Below, one piece after another: positions 28,994 to 39,768 of a stretch of 64,000 bases of DNA. Source of the stretch: Vampirovibrionales bacterium (lineage in GTDB: Bacteria > Cyanobacteriota > Vampirovibrionia > Vampirovibrionales > JAJTHC01); contig JBKDRU010000050.1 in assembly GCA_046341215.1 (NCBI GenBank), forward strand, positions 12,918-76,917, written 5' to 3'. The notes beneath the pieces are model-generated. The model was not told where the DNA came from. It did not search any database and was given only the letters and a program-made list of their open reading frames with translations. Position 1 is the first letter of the stretch. Every line of letters begins with the position of its first letter. The translations under genes were made by a program, and so were the position numbers.

Positions 28994-29362
28994 TTAAAAG
29001 CCGTCAAGATTTCCTGTTTTGGAAGTGACCGATTGCTTCATACGCTCAAAAGACGCATACGCTTCGGCGGAATCGTTAAGTTCGGCTTGTTCCACAGTTT
29101 TAGCCAAGCATACCTTGATGTTGAGCTCATCCAAATCACGATCGCCCACCATAAATTCGGTGACGGTTGATAGAGTCATCACCCATTCTGCTTCGGGGCG
29201 ACCTTGATCGTCGTAGGCCTGAATGGTCAAGGTGTCGGGGGTGACTTCTAGGAGCTTGCCTTCATAATACCGATTGAAATAGCCTTGTCTCAAATAAACA
29301 AAACGATTTACTAAAGGCAAAAGCTTTTTATACATCGCCACGATGAAATCTCCAGATTGCAT
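28994..29362 (-). CDS. hypothetical protein
   Basis: 122 aa ORF immediately upstream (same strand) of NeuB-like gene. Confidence 0.35.
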   Translation of the reverse strand: MQSGDFIVAMYKKLLPLVNRFVYLRQGYFNRYYEGKLLEVTPDTLTIQAYDDQGRPEAEWVMTLSTVTEFMVGDRDLDELNIKVCLAKTVEQAELNDSAEAYASFERMKQSVTSKTGNLDGF

Positions 29363-29497
29363 TTGCAGAAATAAAACAGATACTCACACATCCTAGCATA
29401 CTTTGGGGATTTTATCAATCGCTTATTTTGAGCTTTCTATAAAATCTGCGGTTGCTTATGCTAAAATAGAATCACTCATTTAGAGAGGATTTCTCCC

Positions 29498-31228
29498 TTG
29501 ACGGCATTACTCGAAGACATTGAACAGACAAACCCCTCACCCATCACAGTTAGTCGAGCGGATTTACTCGACGCACTGAAGCAGTACTGGGGCTTTGACG
29601 ATTTTCGTGCCTTGCAACTCGAAAGCATCGAAGCGGTTTTGACCGCTCAAGACAGCATCACCCTCTTTCCCACAGGCGGAGGCAAATCGTTATGCTATCA
29701 ATTGCCGATCCTCTTTTTCCCAAAAAGCACCGCTTTGATTATTAGCCCGCTGATTTCCTTAATGGAAGATCAAGTGCAACAAGCCAAAAGCAAAGGCTTT
29801 AGCGTCGGATGCCTCAACTCGTCGCAATCGCCTGAAGAGCGTCGAGACATCTTCTGGCGTTATCAAAACGGCGATTTACAGCTCTTGTATGTGTCGCCTG
29901 AAAAAATGGCGAATCACCAATTTTTAGATGCCCTTCAAGCCCACGGCAGGCTTGCCTATATCGCCATTGATGAAGCCCATTGCATCAGCCAATGGGGGCA
30001 TCAGTTTCGCCCTGACTATCAAAAGCTCGGCGATTTGCGAGATGCCTTTCCGCATTTGGCGATTCATGCCTTTACGGCAACCGCCCCTCGTCCTGTGGTG
30101 CAAGACATTGAAAGCAGCCTCAAACTCAAAGACCCCGAACGCTTCCAATCTTCCATGTTTCGAGCCAACTTGCAGTATAAAGTGGCTCAGCGATCGGGGC
30201 GTTTGTCCGAATTCTTGCAAGAGCAGGTCTTACCGATTTTGCAAAGTCGTAAGGGGCAAGCAGGCATTATATATTGCTTGAGCCGTAAAGATGTGGAAGA
30301 TCTCGCCCTTGCCTTGCAAGTCAATGGCATCAATGCGAAAGCGTATCACGCTGGCTTGCCCGATGCCTTGCGTAGCCAAAACCAAGACGCCTTCATGCAA
30401 GGAAAGGTCAACATTATGGTGGCGACCACCGCCTTTGGCATGGGCATTGATCGAGCCGATATTCGCTTTGTGATTCATGCCAGCATGCCGCAATCGCTAG
30501 AAGGCTATGTGCAAGAAGCAGGGCGTGCAGGGCGTGATGGCTTGCCTGCGACCTGTTATTTGTTTAAGCGAGCAGGCGATGAGCGTAGTTGGACGAATAT
30601 GCTTACAAAAAGTGGAGAGTCCACGCAACGCTTGTGGAATATGTTGATGTATACGGACAGCAATGCGTGTCGGCATCAGCAGATTTTGGATCACTTTGGG
30701 CAGACACTGAAAAGCAAGCGATGCACGGGTTGCGACGTTTGCCAGACCCGTCCTGCGGTGTATGAAGACAGTGCCTTGTTGATGAAGCATGCCTTTTCGG
30801 TGATTCATCGCTTGAAAGACCATGCCACGCCTGACACGGTGGTCGGAGCGTTGTACGGGGATCTTGCTCCTGTGGCGATGGGGCATCGGGAGCTGGTGCA
30901 AGCCTTGCCGAGTTTCGGAAGCTTTAAAAAAGAAGGGGCGTTCCGCATTTCGCTTTACCTAGAGCAGTTGGAGCGTTTGAATTTCATTAGTTTACCGCAC
31001 CATGCAGGCACACATGAAGCGTATAAGTTGGAATCTAAAGCCATTAAATGGCTAAAATCCAGTGATTTTGCCTTGGATGAAACACCGCTCATGCGAGCGG
31101 AAGATGCCATCCCCTTGCCGACACTTCAAGATTCCATCGATCGTTTGCCGAAGCTGATTTTACCGAACGCTCGCCCGAAACCGCCTCGTAAACCACGCAA
31201 ACGTCAGCCTAGAACGCAGGCGTTTTAG
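29498..31228 (+). CDS. recQ: ATP-dependent DNA helicase, RecQ family
   Basis: 'PTGGGKSLCYQLP' Walker A, 'DEAHCISQWGHQFRPDY' DEAH box, RecQ C-terminal Zn-binding Cys cluster; TTG start. Confidence 0.85.
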   Translation: MTALLEDIEQTNPSPITVSRADLLDALKQYWGFDDFRALQLESIEAVLTAQDSITLFPTGGGKSLCYQLPILFFPKSTALIISPLISLMEDQVQQAKSKGFSVGCLNSSQSPEERRDIFWRYQNGDLQLLYVSPEKMANHQFLDALQAHGRLAYIAIDEAHCISQWGHQFRPDYQKLGDLRDAFPHLAIHAFTATAPRPVVQDIESSLKLKDPERFQSSMFRANLQYKVAQRSGRLSEFLQEQVLPILQSRKGQAGIIYCLSRKDVEDLALALQVNGINAKAYHAGLPDALRSQNQDAFMQGKVNIMVATTAFGMGIDRADIRFVIHASMPQSLEGYVQEAGRAGRDGLPATCYLFKRAGDERSWTNMLTKSGESTQRLWNMLMYTDSNACRHQQILDHFGQTLKSKRCTGCDVCQTRPAVYEDSALLMKHAFSVIHRLKDHATPDTVVGALYGDLAPVAMGHRELVQALPSFGSFKKEGAFRISLYLEQLERLNFISLPHHAGTHEAYKLESKAIKWLKSSDFALDETPLMRAEDAIPLPTLQDSIDRLPKLILPNARPKPPRKPRKRQPRTQAF

Positions 31229-32049
31229 TTGGTGGTTTGAGCCTGACCCGCTTGGTAAACGGTTTCAAAAACGGCTTGTAACTTGGGGACGGCTTCAGCT
31301 AAGGTATCATTGACAATCGCCACATCATAATGCGACGCTTCTTCAAGTTCTTCGACGGCTTTAGCGAGTCTTAGCAAGCGTTTTTCAGTATTTTCACTGT
31401 TTCGTGTGTTTAAACGACTGTACAAGGTCGTCATTTGCCCTGCTAGGTTGGGGATGCTAAGTGCTTGCACCAAAGGCTTTAAGGTGGGTTGATCTGAAAG
31501 AGCGGTTCCCACTTGAGCCGAAAGTTCTTGTTTTAAAGCAATGTCTTGACTCGTGGGAGGTAAGACAAACACGCTTAAGATGTTGTATTCAGGCTTTAGT
31601 TTGTCGATTTCTTTTTTGCCTTCGGTTTCAATTTCTAAAACAGGCAACAAACCGAGTTGGTGAATGCGTGCCACTTCGCTTTTGGGCGTGCCGTACATGT
31701 CCCCAGAACCTGACGGCTTAAACTCTAAAAAGTCCTGAGTTTCGACCTTTTTCGTAAAGGTGTCGCTATCCAAAAAGTAATAGTCGACGCCTTCGCTTTC
31801 GCCTGCTCTTGGGGGGCGAGTGGTCGCCGAAACCGTGGTTTGAAACTGTTGCCAAGGCTTGCCTTCGTACCCTAAGCCATACTCATTTTTGCCTGTGTAC
31901 AAAGCGTTTCGTAACACGCCTTTGCCTACGCCTGAAGGCCCACTATAGACCACAAGGGTCGGTTTTTGAGGGTCGAAATCCTCCGTCAATGCCTGCAAGG
32001 CTTGACGTTTTTGAGGGTTGAGCGAATCTAAAAGCAACATGATGAGCAT
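31225..32049 (-). CDS. gmk: guanylate kinase with internal insertion
   Basis: 'GPSGVGKG' P-loop, 'SATTRPPRAGE..G.DYYF', 'VLPP', 'YDVAIVND' Gmk motifs; ~60 aa longer than typical. Confidence 0.75.
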   Translation of the reverse strand: MLIMLLLDSLNPQKRQALQALTEDFDPQKPTLVVYSGPSGVGKGVLRNALYTGKNEYGLGYEGKPWQQFQTTVSATTRPPRAGESEGVDYYFLDSDTFTKKVETQDFLEFKPSGSGDMYGTPKSEVARIHQLGLLPVLEIETEGKKEIDKLKPEYNILSVFVLPPTSQDIALKQELSAQVGTALSDQPTLKPLVQALSIPNLAGQMTTLYSRLNTRNSENTEKRLLRLAKAVEELEEASHYDVAIVNDTLAEAVPKLQAVFETVYQAGQAQTTN

Positions 32050-32197
32050 CCGTTTTTATAGGGAGTATTTTTTTAATCTAACACAAAAAGGTGTTTTTTA
32101 GACGATTTTATAGAGGACTTTTGCCTAAAGTCAAAAAACTTGTTAAACTAAATACATTCACTTATGCTATTTCTAAGCCAAATCAAACGAGGTTCCT

Positions 32198-33895
32198 ATG
32201 AGTCTGAATATCGAAGAAATGTTGGTGCAACTGCGTCAGCAACCTGCCAAAATTCTATTGGTGGACGATGAACATATCGTCACCTCAAGTATTGAAAGTT
32301 ACCTCATGCTTGAAACCCCTCACGATATTGTCAGCCATAATAACCCGCTCGATGCCCTTGGGGCTTTGGACACCATCCGCCCTGATGTGGTGGTCAGCGA
32401 TTTCAACATGCCACAACTCACAGGTATTGAGTTCTTAAAACGTGTGAAGGCTCAGTTTCCGAATGTGGAAACCATTTTATTGACAGGCTATGCGGACAAA
32501 GAAAACGCTATTGCCGCCATCAACGAAGTGGGGATTTATCGTTACCTTGAAAAACCTTGGGACAATGCCCAACTACAAGCCACCATTGAACAAGCCCTTG
32601 AGCGTCAACGCTTGGTTAGGGGACTTGAAAACACGCTTAAAAAGGTCAATAAGCTTAATACGACGTTGAAAAATTACAATGTCGTACTCGAAGAAACCGT
32701 CGCCAAACGCACGGAAGCCCTTGAAGAAGCCAAGGCCGAGCTTGAAGCCATTTTCAATCACAGTGCGGATGCCATTGTGCTCTTAGATCGCTTAGGTTAT
32801 GTGGAACTGTACAATCCTGTTTTTGAAACGTGGGTGAAGCAGGCACACGGGGAAAACACACCTATTTTGAAGGGATCTCAGGTGATGCAATGGGTGGCTA
32901 ATCTACGCTTGGAAGACATTAGACTCACTTTTTCCAAGGACGAATCCTATTATTTGGAAACACGTTTACAGGGTAATGAAATGCCTATTGAAGCACTTGG
33001 TACCCAATTGCCTCATGCCGAAGGGCGTAGTTTGTGGATTTTCAGAGACGTAACCCAACGTCGTAAATTGGATGAATTGCGTCAGGACTTTGTCGCCACA
33101 CTCACCCATGACTTACGCACCCCCTTGCAATCTACGTTGCAGTTTTACGAGTTTTTCACACAAGGCAAGTTTGGCAAGACGACACAGCAACAAATTGACA
33201 TGCTTAAAGTGATGAGCGAAAGTCATACTGATTTATTAAGTTTGGTCAATACGCTGTTGGATGTGTATCGTTATGAAGCGGGGCGTCAAAATGTCGTTTT
33301 ACAGGAGTTTGACATCTTTCATGTGATTAACCAAGTCGTTGATGCGTTGGCTCCTTTGGCTGAAGAGCGTAAGCACTTGCTTCAATTGCTTCCTTGCGAC
33401 TGGAGCGATAATCGTGTTATTTTTGGCGATGTTTTAGAAATTAAACGTGTGATGACTAATTTAATTGGCAATGCGTTGAAGCATACGCCCGAAGGCACGC
33501 ACGTAGAAGTTTCTGCCAAAATACAGCGCCCCGGTATTAAGCCATGGCGAGGATTTCATGATGAAGATATGACCCCTCCCGAAACGTGGTTGGGTTGGTT
33601 AAGCATTGGAATTAAGGATAACGGGCAAGGCATTTCTAAGGAAGATCAAGCCCACTTGTTTCAACGTTTTTCACAAGGCACCAGTCGTAAACGCAATAGT
33701 GGAAGTGGCTTAGGGCTTTATTTGGCTCAACAAATTATGCACCAACACGGGGGTATGATTACGCTAGACAGCAATGAGCAAAGCGGTTCGGTCTTTACCT
33801 TATGGATCCCGATTTTTGAGCGAGACGGTTTTTTACATGACACTTTAGAAGCGTCTAAGTCTAGGCATCGTCGTGCCGTTAAGGCAGGGGACTAG
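32198..33895 (+). CDS. hybrid two-component protein: N-terminal receiver domain plus histidine kinase (HisKA + HATPase_c), cytoplasmic
   Basis: Receiver 'LLVDDE...D..MP..TG' at N-terminus; H-box 'ATLTHDLRTPL'; 'IGNALKHT' N-box and 'GSGLGLYLAQQI' G2 box; no TM segments. Confidence 0.75.
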   Translation: MSLNIEEMLVQLRQQPAKILLVDDEHIVTSSIESYLMLETPHDIVSHNNPLDALGALDTIRPDVVVSDFNMPQLTGIEFLKRVKAQFPNVETILLTGYADKENAIAAINEVGIYRYLEKPWDNAQLQATIEQALERQRLVRGLENTLKKVNKLNTTLKNYNVVLEETVAKRTEALEEAKAELEAIFNHSADAIVLLDRLGYVELYNPVFETWVKQAHGENTPILKGSQVMQWVANLRLEDIRLTFSKDESYYLETRLQGNEMPIEALGTQLPHAEGRSLWIFRDVTQRRKLDELRQDFVATLTHDLRTPLQSTLQFYEFFTQGKFGKTTQQQIDMLKVMSESHTDLLSLVNTLLDVYRYEAGRQNVVLQEFDIFHVINQVVDALAPLAEERKHLLQLLPCDWSDNRVIFGDVLEIKRVMTNLIGNALKHTPEGTHVEVSAKIQRPGIKPWRGFHDEDMTPPETWLGWLSIGIKDNGQGISKEDQAHLFQRFSQGTSRKRNSGSGLGLYLAQQIMHQHGGMITLDSNEQSGSVFTLWIPIFERDGFLHDTLEASKSRHRRAVKAGD

Positions 33896-33924
33896 AACTC
33901 TCAGCTTTCGGAGAGTCTTCTAGA

Positions 33925-34575
33925 TTAGCCCTCATGATGCCTTACAAACAAAGAACGCAATCGCTTCAACAACGATTTTTCTCGACTACGCAAGGCTTGG
34001 TAACTAATGCCAATGCCTTGCGCCAACGTCTTAATGCTTTGGACATCTAACGAAACGTTTAGATCGTTTTTCACGGGAAGCTCTGCAATATCTGTTATGC
34101 CAAAACGTTGAGCAAGGTAGATTCGCTCCTGAGGTGTGCAGTATTTTTTCACCACGCCTTTGACTTGTTGGTGACGTTCTTTCGCAATAAGTCCATCTAA
34201 ATACGACAAGTTCTGCCAAAACGAACGCACGTCTAGCACAAAATCGATGCGTTCAGGTTGGCATTCTTGCGCGTGGCGTATCGTTTTTTCAGCATAACGT
34301 TTGAGTCCAAACTTTATCGTGGCTTTAATGTATGCCTTGCATTGTTCTGGGCTAAAGTTTAAATTCAGATGCCTAATCGCTGTATAAAATAAGTTTAAAG
34401 CTTCTTGTTCCAAGTCTTCGGGGTTCAAGATTTGGGCGGATTCTGATGAATAATGGCGAATATGCTGCGTAAGTTGAGACGTCCAGCTTCGCCAATCGCG
34501 AACGAGTCGACGAAAGGCATGAGGGCATCCTGCTTTGGCACGACGGTAATCGTCCCGTGTGGAGCGGTTTTGCAT
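33925..34575 (-). CDS. hypothetical protein with sigma-70 region-4-like C-terminal HTH (possible divergent sigma factor)
   Basis: C-terminal 'YCTPQERIYLAQRFGI....IKTLAQGIGISYQALRSREKSLLKRLR' resembles sigma region 4; region 2 similarity weak. Confidence 0.35.
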   Translation of the reverse strand: MQNRSTRDDYRRAKAGCPHAFRRLVRDWRSWTSQLTQHIRHYSSESAQILNPEDLEQEALNLFYTAIRHLNLNFSPEQCKAYIKATIKFGLKRYAEKTIRHAQECQPERIDFVLDVRSFWQNLSYLDGLIAKERHQQVKGVVKKYCTPQERIYLAQRFGITDIAELPVKNDLNVSLDVQSIKTLAQGIGISYQALRSREKSLLKRLRSLFVRHHEG

Positions 34576-34785
34576 GTTTTTGTCCCTAACAAAAGAAAGT
34601 CATTATGTGTTTACAAGTCGGTACATTGTCACTATGTAGCATTAAAACAGTCTTTGCTAGTTTCGTAAACTTATTGTTACAAATGGCACGATTTAGTAAC
34701 GGATTGTTTTTATTAACATGTAAAACAAACCCCCTCAGACTCCCTTTCGTATTCCTACCCCCCTAATCTTAGAGAGATTTAAATA

Positions 34786-35916
34786 ATGATGACCTTTAGT
34801 AATATTAATAATAGTTCCGCTAACGCGGCTCTTAAACTCTTCAAAACAGACGCCGCCGCTGCAAAAGTAGTGGAAGAAGTTAAAAGCAACGACAATGTTG
34901 ACCTTTCTTTTGTCGAAGATACCAACAAGGATGACAAGCTCACCAAGTTGGAATTAAAACAAGCCGATAAGGTGGAAGACATGGAAATTGACATCGTTGT
35001 CAATGTAGACGACATTAAGCGCAAAGCCAGAGAAAAAGGCGTGAAAGAAGACGTCTTCTTAAGCCAGCAAATTGCATCTGTCATGTCAGCGTCTTACTTG
35101 ATGTTGTCTTCCATTAAAGACGGTAAAGATCCTAGCAAGTACCTTAGCAACGGTGAATTCTTGGTGGCGTCTAACCTCTTGGCGGACGGCATGGTGCGTC
35201 GTACAAATAAGGATGCGATTCCTCTCCTTGACGAAGAACGTAAAAGCTTGGCAAAACGTATTAAAGAAGAACATGGCGATATTGAAACCGGTTCTAGTGA
35301 TGCCTTTGAACTTGCTGAAAAACTTGGATTTAAAGGAATTAACACAGGTGGCTGGGGCGATAAGATCGTTAAAGACCTTGGTGAGCTTTCTGAATTGGAT
35401 GAACTCGCTGAAACCGATGAAACCGATGATGATGATACCACAGTCACTGATACCGATGAAACCGCTGAAACCGATGATGATACCACAGCCGCTGAAACTG
35501 AAGAAGAGAAAAAAGGCTTTGATTGGAAGAAGGGTCTACTCTGGGGTGGTCTCGGTGCTGGAGCCGGTTTCCTTCTTTCGAATTTAATGAAGCCTAAAGA
35601 GAAAAACAACGACAATGAATTGGCTCAACTGAAACAGCAATACCAAGTCGAATTGGCTCAACAACAAGCCCAATACAAAGCCGAATTGGCTCAACAAAAG
35701 GCTCAACAAGAATATCAAGCCAAACTGGCGGCTTATCAAGCCCAAGTGGCGGCGGCAGCCACCCCCACTCCAGCAACCACTTTTAGCGTTCCGCCTTATC
35801 CCACTTACACAACGGCTAGCGCCCCTGTGGTTTACAGCAGCACATCGTCTTCCACCACACCGCCGACCTATGTGGCTCCCACAGTTCCGACAGCCCCCAC
35901 AAGCGATTGGACTTAA
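34786..35916 (+). CDS. hypothetical acidic membrane protein with EF-hand-like loop and coiled-coil tail
   Basis: 'DTNKDDKLTKLE' fits EF-hand loop pattern loosely; D/E/T-rich acidic tract; one TM; 'AQQ.AQYKAELAQQKAQQEYQAKLAAYQAQ' coiled coil. Confidence 0.45.
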   Translation: MMTFSNINNSSANAALKLFKTDAAAAKVVEEVKSNDNVDLSFVEDTNKDDKLTKLELKQADKVEDMEIDIVVNVDDIKRKAREKGVKEDVFLSQQIASVMSASYLMLSSIKDGKDPSKYLSNGEFLVASNLLADGMVRRTNKDAIPLLDEERKSLAKRIKEEHGDIETGSSDAFELAEKLGFKGINTGGWGDKIVKDLGELSELDELAETDETDDDDTTVTDTDETAETDDDTTAAETEEEKKGFDWKKGLLWGGLGAGAGFLLSNLMKPKEKNNDNELAQLKQQYQVELAQQQAQYKAELAQQKAQQEYQAKLAAYQAQVAAAATPTPATTFSVPPYPTYTTASAPVVYSSTSSSTTPPTYVAPTVPTAPTSDWT

Positions 35917-36072
35917 GCCCTACACCTTTTCTTATTCTCTTTATTTTCTCTCTTTTCTTGATAAAAGGCTCTGCACCGAAACGTGTAGGGTCTTTTTGAT
36001 TGGATGCTGATTTCCAACGGATTTATCGTATAATAATAAAGTCCAAGCATTTATTTATAAGGACTCAAGCTT

Positions 36073-37098
36073 ATGCCGTTTAGTTCTTCCACCTTTAACT
36101 CGAATCAAACCTTTAAATCCGATGACTTTCAATCGCAAAAAATTGCTGATGAAAGTGCCTTTCGTCTGCAAGTCCCCCTCTTTAATAGCATGGTGGGCGT
36201 TCATGGTTCCGTGGCCATTGCAGAAATCCTTAAGCTGATTGATATTGCAGGCTGTATTCCTGTCAAACGCCACTTGGGAGCAGACTTGGATCCCGTAACG
36301 GCATCCATTGACCGTCTTGATTTCATCGCCCCTGTCTACCCGTGGGAGATTCTCTCGCTCGATGCCCGCATGACTCGGGTGTGGAAAACCAGCATGGAAA
36401 GTCGAGTGGTGGTCACAGCATGGGACTTTCGTACCGATGAAACTCGCTTGGTTGCCAATGCGTATGTCGTTGCGGTGGCAACGTCTGAGCAAGGCAAAAC
36501 CAAGGCGGATGCCTCTAAAATTCCTCACTTGCTTGCCATTACCCCTGAAGATAAAATGTTGCAACGTTCTGCCGATTTGCGTAAGGACTACCGTCAGCAA
36601 GAGATGGCTCAAACGGCTTGGCGACCCATTGAAGGGTCTGAAGCAGGGGCCATTGGTCAGTTTGTGATGACGGCGTTGGACGGAAACGGCTTAGAGCAGA
36701 ACATCTTTGGGGGCGTGGTCTTGGCTCACATGTTTGACACGGCTCGAAAAGCAGCGACTCGTCATGTAGGGCATGGCTACATTCGATGCGTGCGTCAAGA
36801 TCGCATGGATTTTAAGGCGCCGACGCATATTAACGATATTTTGCGCCCCAAAGCGATTGTCACCAAAACGTGGGATGGTGCGTTAGAGGTGCAAGTTGAT
36901 TGTGAAGCCGTTCCTGCGGACGGTTCACCGTGTCGCTTGGTTGCCACGACTTACTTGGTGTTTGTAGGTACTGATGACACCGCAAAAGTCCCTGAATGGA
37001 CGCCTTGTACCGAGATTCAAACAGCTCGTCACGACGATGCCGAAGCCCGTCAACGCTTGCGAGAAGCCGAGGCTCTAGCGTTTGGCAACGTGCTTTAA
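36073..37098 (+). CDS. acyl-CoA thioesterase with two hotdog (4HBT) domains
   Basis: Two repeats of the 'N..G..HGG......D......A..H' hotdog-thioesterase pattern (residues ~35-70 and ~195-235). Confidence 0.5.
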   Translation: MPFSSSTFNSNQTFKSDDFQSQKIADESAFRLQVPLFNSMVGVHGSVAIAEILKLIDIAGCIPVKRHLGADLDPVTASIDRLDFIAPVYPWEILSLDARMTRVWKTSMESRVVVTAWDFRTDETRLVANAYVVAVATSEQGKTKADASKIPHLLAITPEDKMLQRSADLRKDYRQQEMAQTAWRPIEGSEAGAIGQFVMTALDGNGLEQNIFGGVVLAHMFDTARKAATRHVGHGYIRCVRQDRMDFKAPTHINDILRPKAIVTKTWDGALEVQVDCEAVPADGSPCRLVATTYLVFVGTDDTAKVPEWTPCTEIQTARHDDAEARQRLREAEALAFGNVL

Positions 37099-37270
37099 GG
37101 CTCAACGCACAAAATAAAGATGCAGGGGTTTTATGCCAATCCAAGCATGAAATAATGATTGATGTTTGAATAAGTTTGTGTCACACTAATAGTAAGTCTT
37201 GAACAAGCCTTGAGCTTCAAGGTCTAGCCGTTCAAGATGAACGCCCTCATTACACATAAAGGATTACACA

Positions 37271-38263
37271 ATGGCTATTGAACTGACGTTACCTGAACTC
37301 AAGTTGACATCCATTCACGAAGAAATACAGCACATTAAGTTGGTGACAGGGCGTGCCAATCCTGAACTCGCCAAAGAAATTGCCCAGTATTTGGATACTT
37401 ACGTGTCGCCTGTTCAAATCAAAAACTTTAGTGATGGTGAATTGTACGTTCGTATTGAAGAAAGCGTGCGTGGCGAAGATGTGTACATCGTGCAACCCAC
37501 TTGCGGACCGACAAACAACAACATCATGGAACTCTTGCTGATGATTGATGCCCTTAAGCGTGCCTCCGCTAAATCCATTACCGCGATCATCCCCTATTAT
37601 GGATACGCTCGCCAAGATCGTAAAAACGCGGGTCGTGAACCCATTTCCGCCAAGCTCGTCGCCGATTTAATCTCCACAGCAGGAGCCAATCGTGTCGTTG
37701 CCATGGATTTACACACAGGGCAGCTACAAGGCTTCTTCAACATTATTACGGATCACCTTCACGCGACGCCTGTGTTGTTGAGCTATATTCGCACCCGTGA
37801 TTTAGTGAACCCTGTGGTCGTTAGCCCTGATGCGGGCGGTGTAGAACGAGCCAGAGTCTTCGCCAAAAAGCTCGAATGCCCGATCGCCATTATCGACAAA
37901 CGTCGTTCCGCTCATAATGTGGCAGAAGTCTACAACATCATCGGCGAAGTCCAAGGACGTAGCTGTATTTTAATTGATGACATGATCGACACGGCAGGCA
38001 CCATCTGTAGCGGAGCCGACTTGCTTACCGCCAATGGAGCGCATGACGTTTACGTCATGGCGGCTCACCCTGTGTTTAGTGGGCCTGCGGTACAACGCTT
38101 GGCAAACTCTTCTATTAAAGAAGTGATTGTCACCAATAGTATTCCTTTAAGCGAAGAAGCGAAATCGGTGGACAAAATCAAGCAATTGTCGATCGCCAGC
38201 TTATTGGGTGAAGCGATCTGCCGTATTCACGAATCGCAGTCTATTTCGGATATGTTCAACTAG
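37271..38263 (+). CDS. prs: ribose-phosphate pyrophosphokinase
   Basis: 'NFSDGELYVRIEESVRG.DV.IVQ' and 'DDMIDTAGT' PRPP-binding loop; 330 aa. Confidence 0.9.
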   Translation: MAIELTLPELKLTSIHEEIQHIKLVTGRANPELAKEIAQYLDTYVSPVQIKNFSDGELYVRIEESVRGEDVYIVQPTCGPTNNNIMELLLMIDALKRASAKSITAIIPYYGYARQDRKNAGREPISAKLVADLISTAGANRVVAMDLHTGQLQGFFNIITDHLHATPVLLSYIRTRDLVNPVVVSPDAGGVERARVFAKKLECPIAIIDKRRSAHNVAEVYNIIGEVQGRSCILIDDMIDTAGTICSGADLLTANGAHDVYVMAAHPVFSGPAVQRLANSSIKEVIVTNSIPLSEEAKSVDKIKQLSIASLLGEAICRIHESQSISDMFN

Positions 38264-38548
38264 AAATGGGGAGCGTTTGCGTTGATACGAACTCAAACAT
38301 TTTGATGATTCTTAATGAAAAAGCTTGCCTTTGAACTTTTAGCTCCGTATGATGTTACAAGTTTAAAAATCAAAAGGATTCCCCTAAACTTTAGACGTCC
38401 TTTTGCCGATAGTGGGTCAGTCACTTAAAACCTGACACTGTTACACCTGTAAGAAAGCGTTTCGCTTTCAAAATTAAGGAAATTGTATGAGTTTTCATGC
38501 CTTATTCACTTAGCGTTACTGTAATGAACTCGTAAAGGGAAATTTGAA

Positions 38549-39136
38549 TTGAACACATCTTTAGAACTGCAAGAAAGTTTGCAACCCCCCCCACTCCATG
38601 CGTTTGACGCTTCAGTAAAATCTCCTACTGAACAGCACTTCGCCAAACCCGCCCCGAATTTAGGACGCCACCTGCTCGCTGAATTCTTTGATTGCACCCC
38701 CAACGTATTGAATAACAATGCCTTGGTCGAACAGCTCATGACGGAAGCTGCGGTTGCATGCGGTGCCACGATCGTTCAAAGTTGTTTCCATCACTTCAAT
38801 CCCTATGGTGTAAGCGGTGTTATTGTCATCGCCGAATCTCACCTTACGATTCATACATGGCCTGAATATGGGTATGCGTCTGTCGACTTATACACCTGTG
38901 GGGATCAATGTGACCCTGCCCTTGCCTTTAATTACTTGCAAGACAAGTTCAAGGCAAGCGAATCGAATTACTTAGAGTTTGCTCGTGGCTTGATGAACCC
39001 TACCACGGGTAAAATGATGCGTCACCCCGCGCGCCAAGTCGGCAGCCCCACGATGCGTCAAGTGGATTTTGACAACGTCACGCCTTTGCCGACCCTGCGT
39101 TCGGCGAAAGAAGGCACGGCATCGAGTAGGGCTTAG
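38549..39136 (+). CDS. speH: S-adenosylmethionine decarboxylase proenzyme family (pyruvoyl-dependent, class 1), with C-terminal extension
   Basis: 'GRHLLAEFFDC', 'GVIVIAESHLTIHTWPEYGYASVDLYTCG' including the E-S self-cleavage site. Confidence 0.75.
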   Translation: MNTSLELQESLQPPPLHAFDASVKSPTEQHFAKPAPNLGRHLLAEFFDCTPNVLNNNALVEQLMTEAAVACGATIVQSCFHHFNPYGVSGVIVIAESHLTIHTWPEYGYASVDLYTCGDQCDPALAFNYLQDKFKASESNYLEFARGLMNPTTGKMMRHPARQVGSPTMRQVDFDNVTPLPTLRSAKEGTASSRA

Positions 39137-39195
39137 GCTTTGCTTACGTCAAAATCAATTAGGTAATTTTAACGAAATTTGTAAAGGGTTTTATT

Positions 39196-39639
39196 ATGGC
39201 AATTATAGAACAAGGTTTTGGTCCTCACTTGATGTTAGACTGTCGTGAATGCGACATCGACAAAATTTCCGATTTGGCGTTGGTGCAGTCCTTTTTGGAT
39301 GAGCTACCCGAACTCATCGGCATGACGAAAATCATTCCGCCTTATGTGTTCCCTTATAGTGGCTTGGTTCCTGAAGACAAGGGCATTACAGGCGTGGTGA
39401 TTATTGCGGAATCACACTTGACCTTTCATTCCTTTGTGGAAAAAGATTACTTTTTCTTCGATATTTTTAGCTGTAAGCCTTTTGATATTGACTTTGTGGA
39501 ACAGCATGTCATTAAAACCTTTGGCGTGAAAAGCTATGAGCGTTTTATGTCTGAACGGGGACGCCAATTCCCTCGCTATATTTCGGACAAGCTTGTGGAA
39601 GGGGCAACCGAAGCCGTCCCTTCAGCGGTAAGCGTTTAG
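39196..39639 (+). CDS. second AdoMetDC-family pyruvoyl proenzyme paralog (substrate uncertain; possibly arginine decarboxylase-type)
   Basis: 'GPHLMLDCRECD' and 'GVVIIAESHLTFHSF' conserve the fold and E-S cleavage site but the substrate-pocket region diverges from the upstream paralog. Confidence 0.65.
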   Translation: MAIIEQGFGPHLMLDCRECDIDKISDLALVQSFLDELPELIGMTKIIPPYVFPYSGLVPEDKGITGVVIIAESHLTFHSFVEKDYFFFDIFSCKPFDIDFVEQHVIKTFGVKSYERFMSERGRQFPRYISDKLVEGATEAVPSAVSV

Positions 39640-39768
39640 TCCTTTAGCTTTAAGCCTTTTTAAACGGAGCTGGTGACTATCGGCTCCGTTTTTGTGTTTG
39701 ATTTGTTTTCTTGAAGCGATATAATTTTATTGTGTTTTATTATGCTTTAATTTTATAAGATTTCATAA

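Noticed and set aside
30497-30901. Minus-strand ORF inside recQ
   Set aside because: Antisense shadow ORF within a confidently assigned recQ.
38549-39639. Idea that the two AdoMetDC-like ORFs are one gene split by a frameshift
   Set aside because: Each ORF independently contains a complete proenzyme core with its own start region and its own ESH cleavage motif; a 60-bp spacer with start context separates them.
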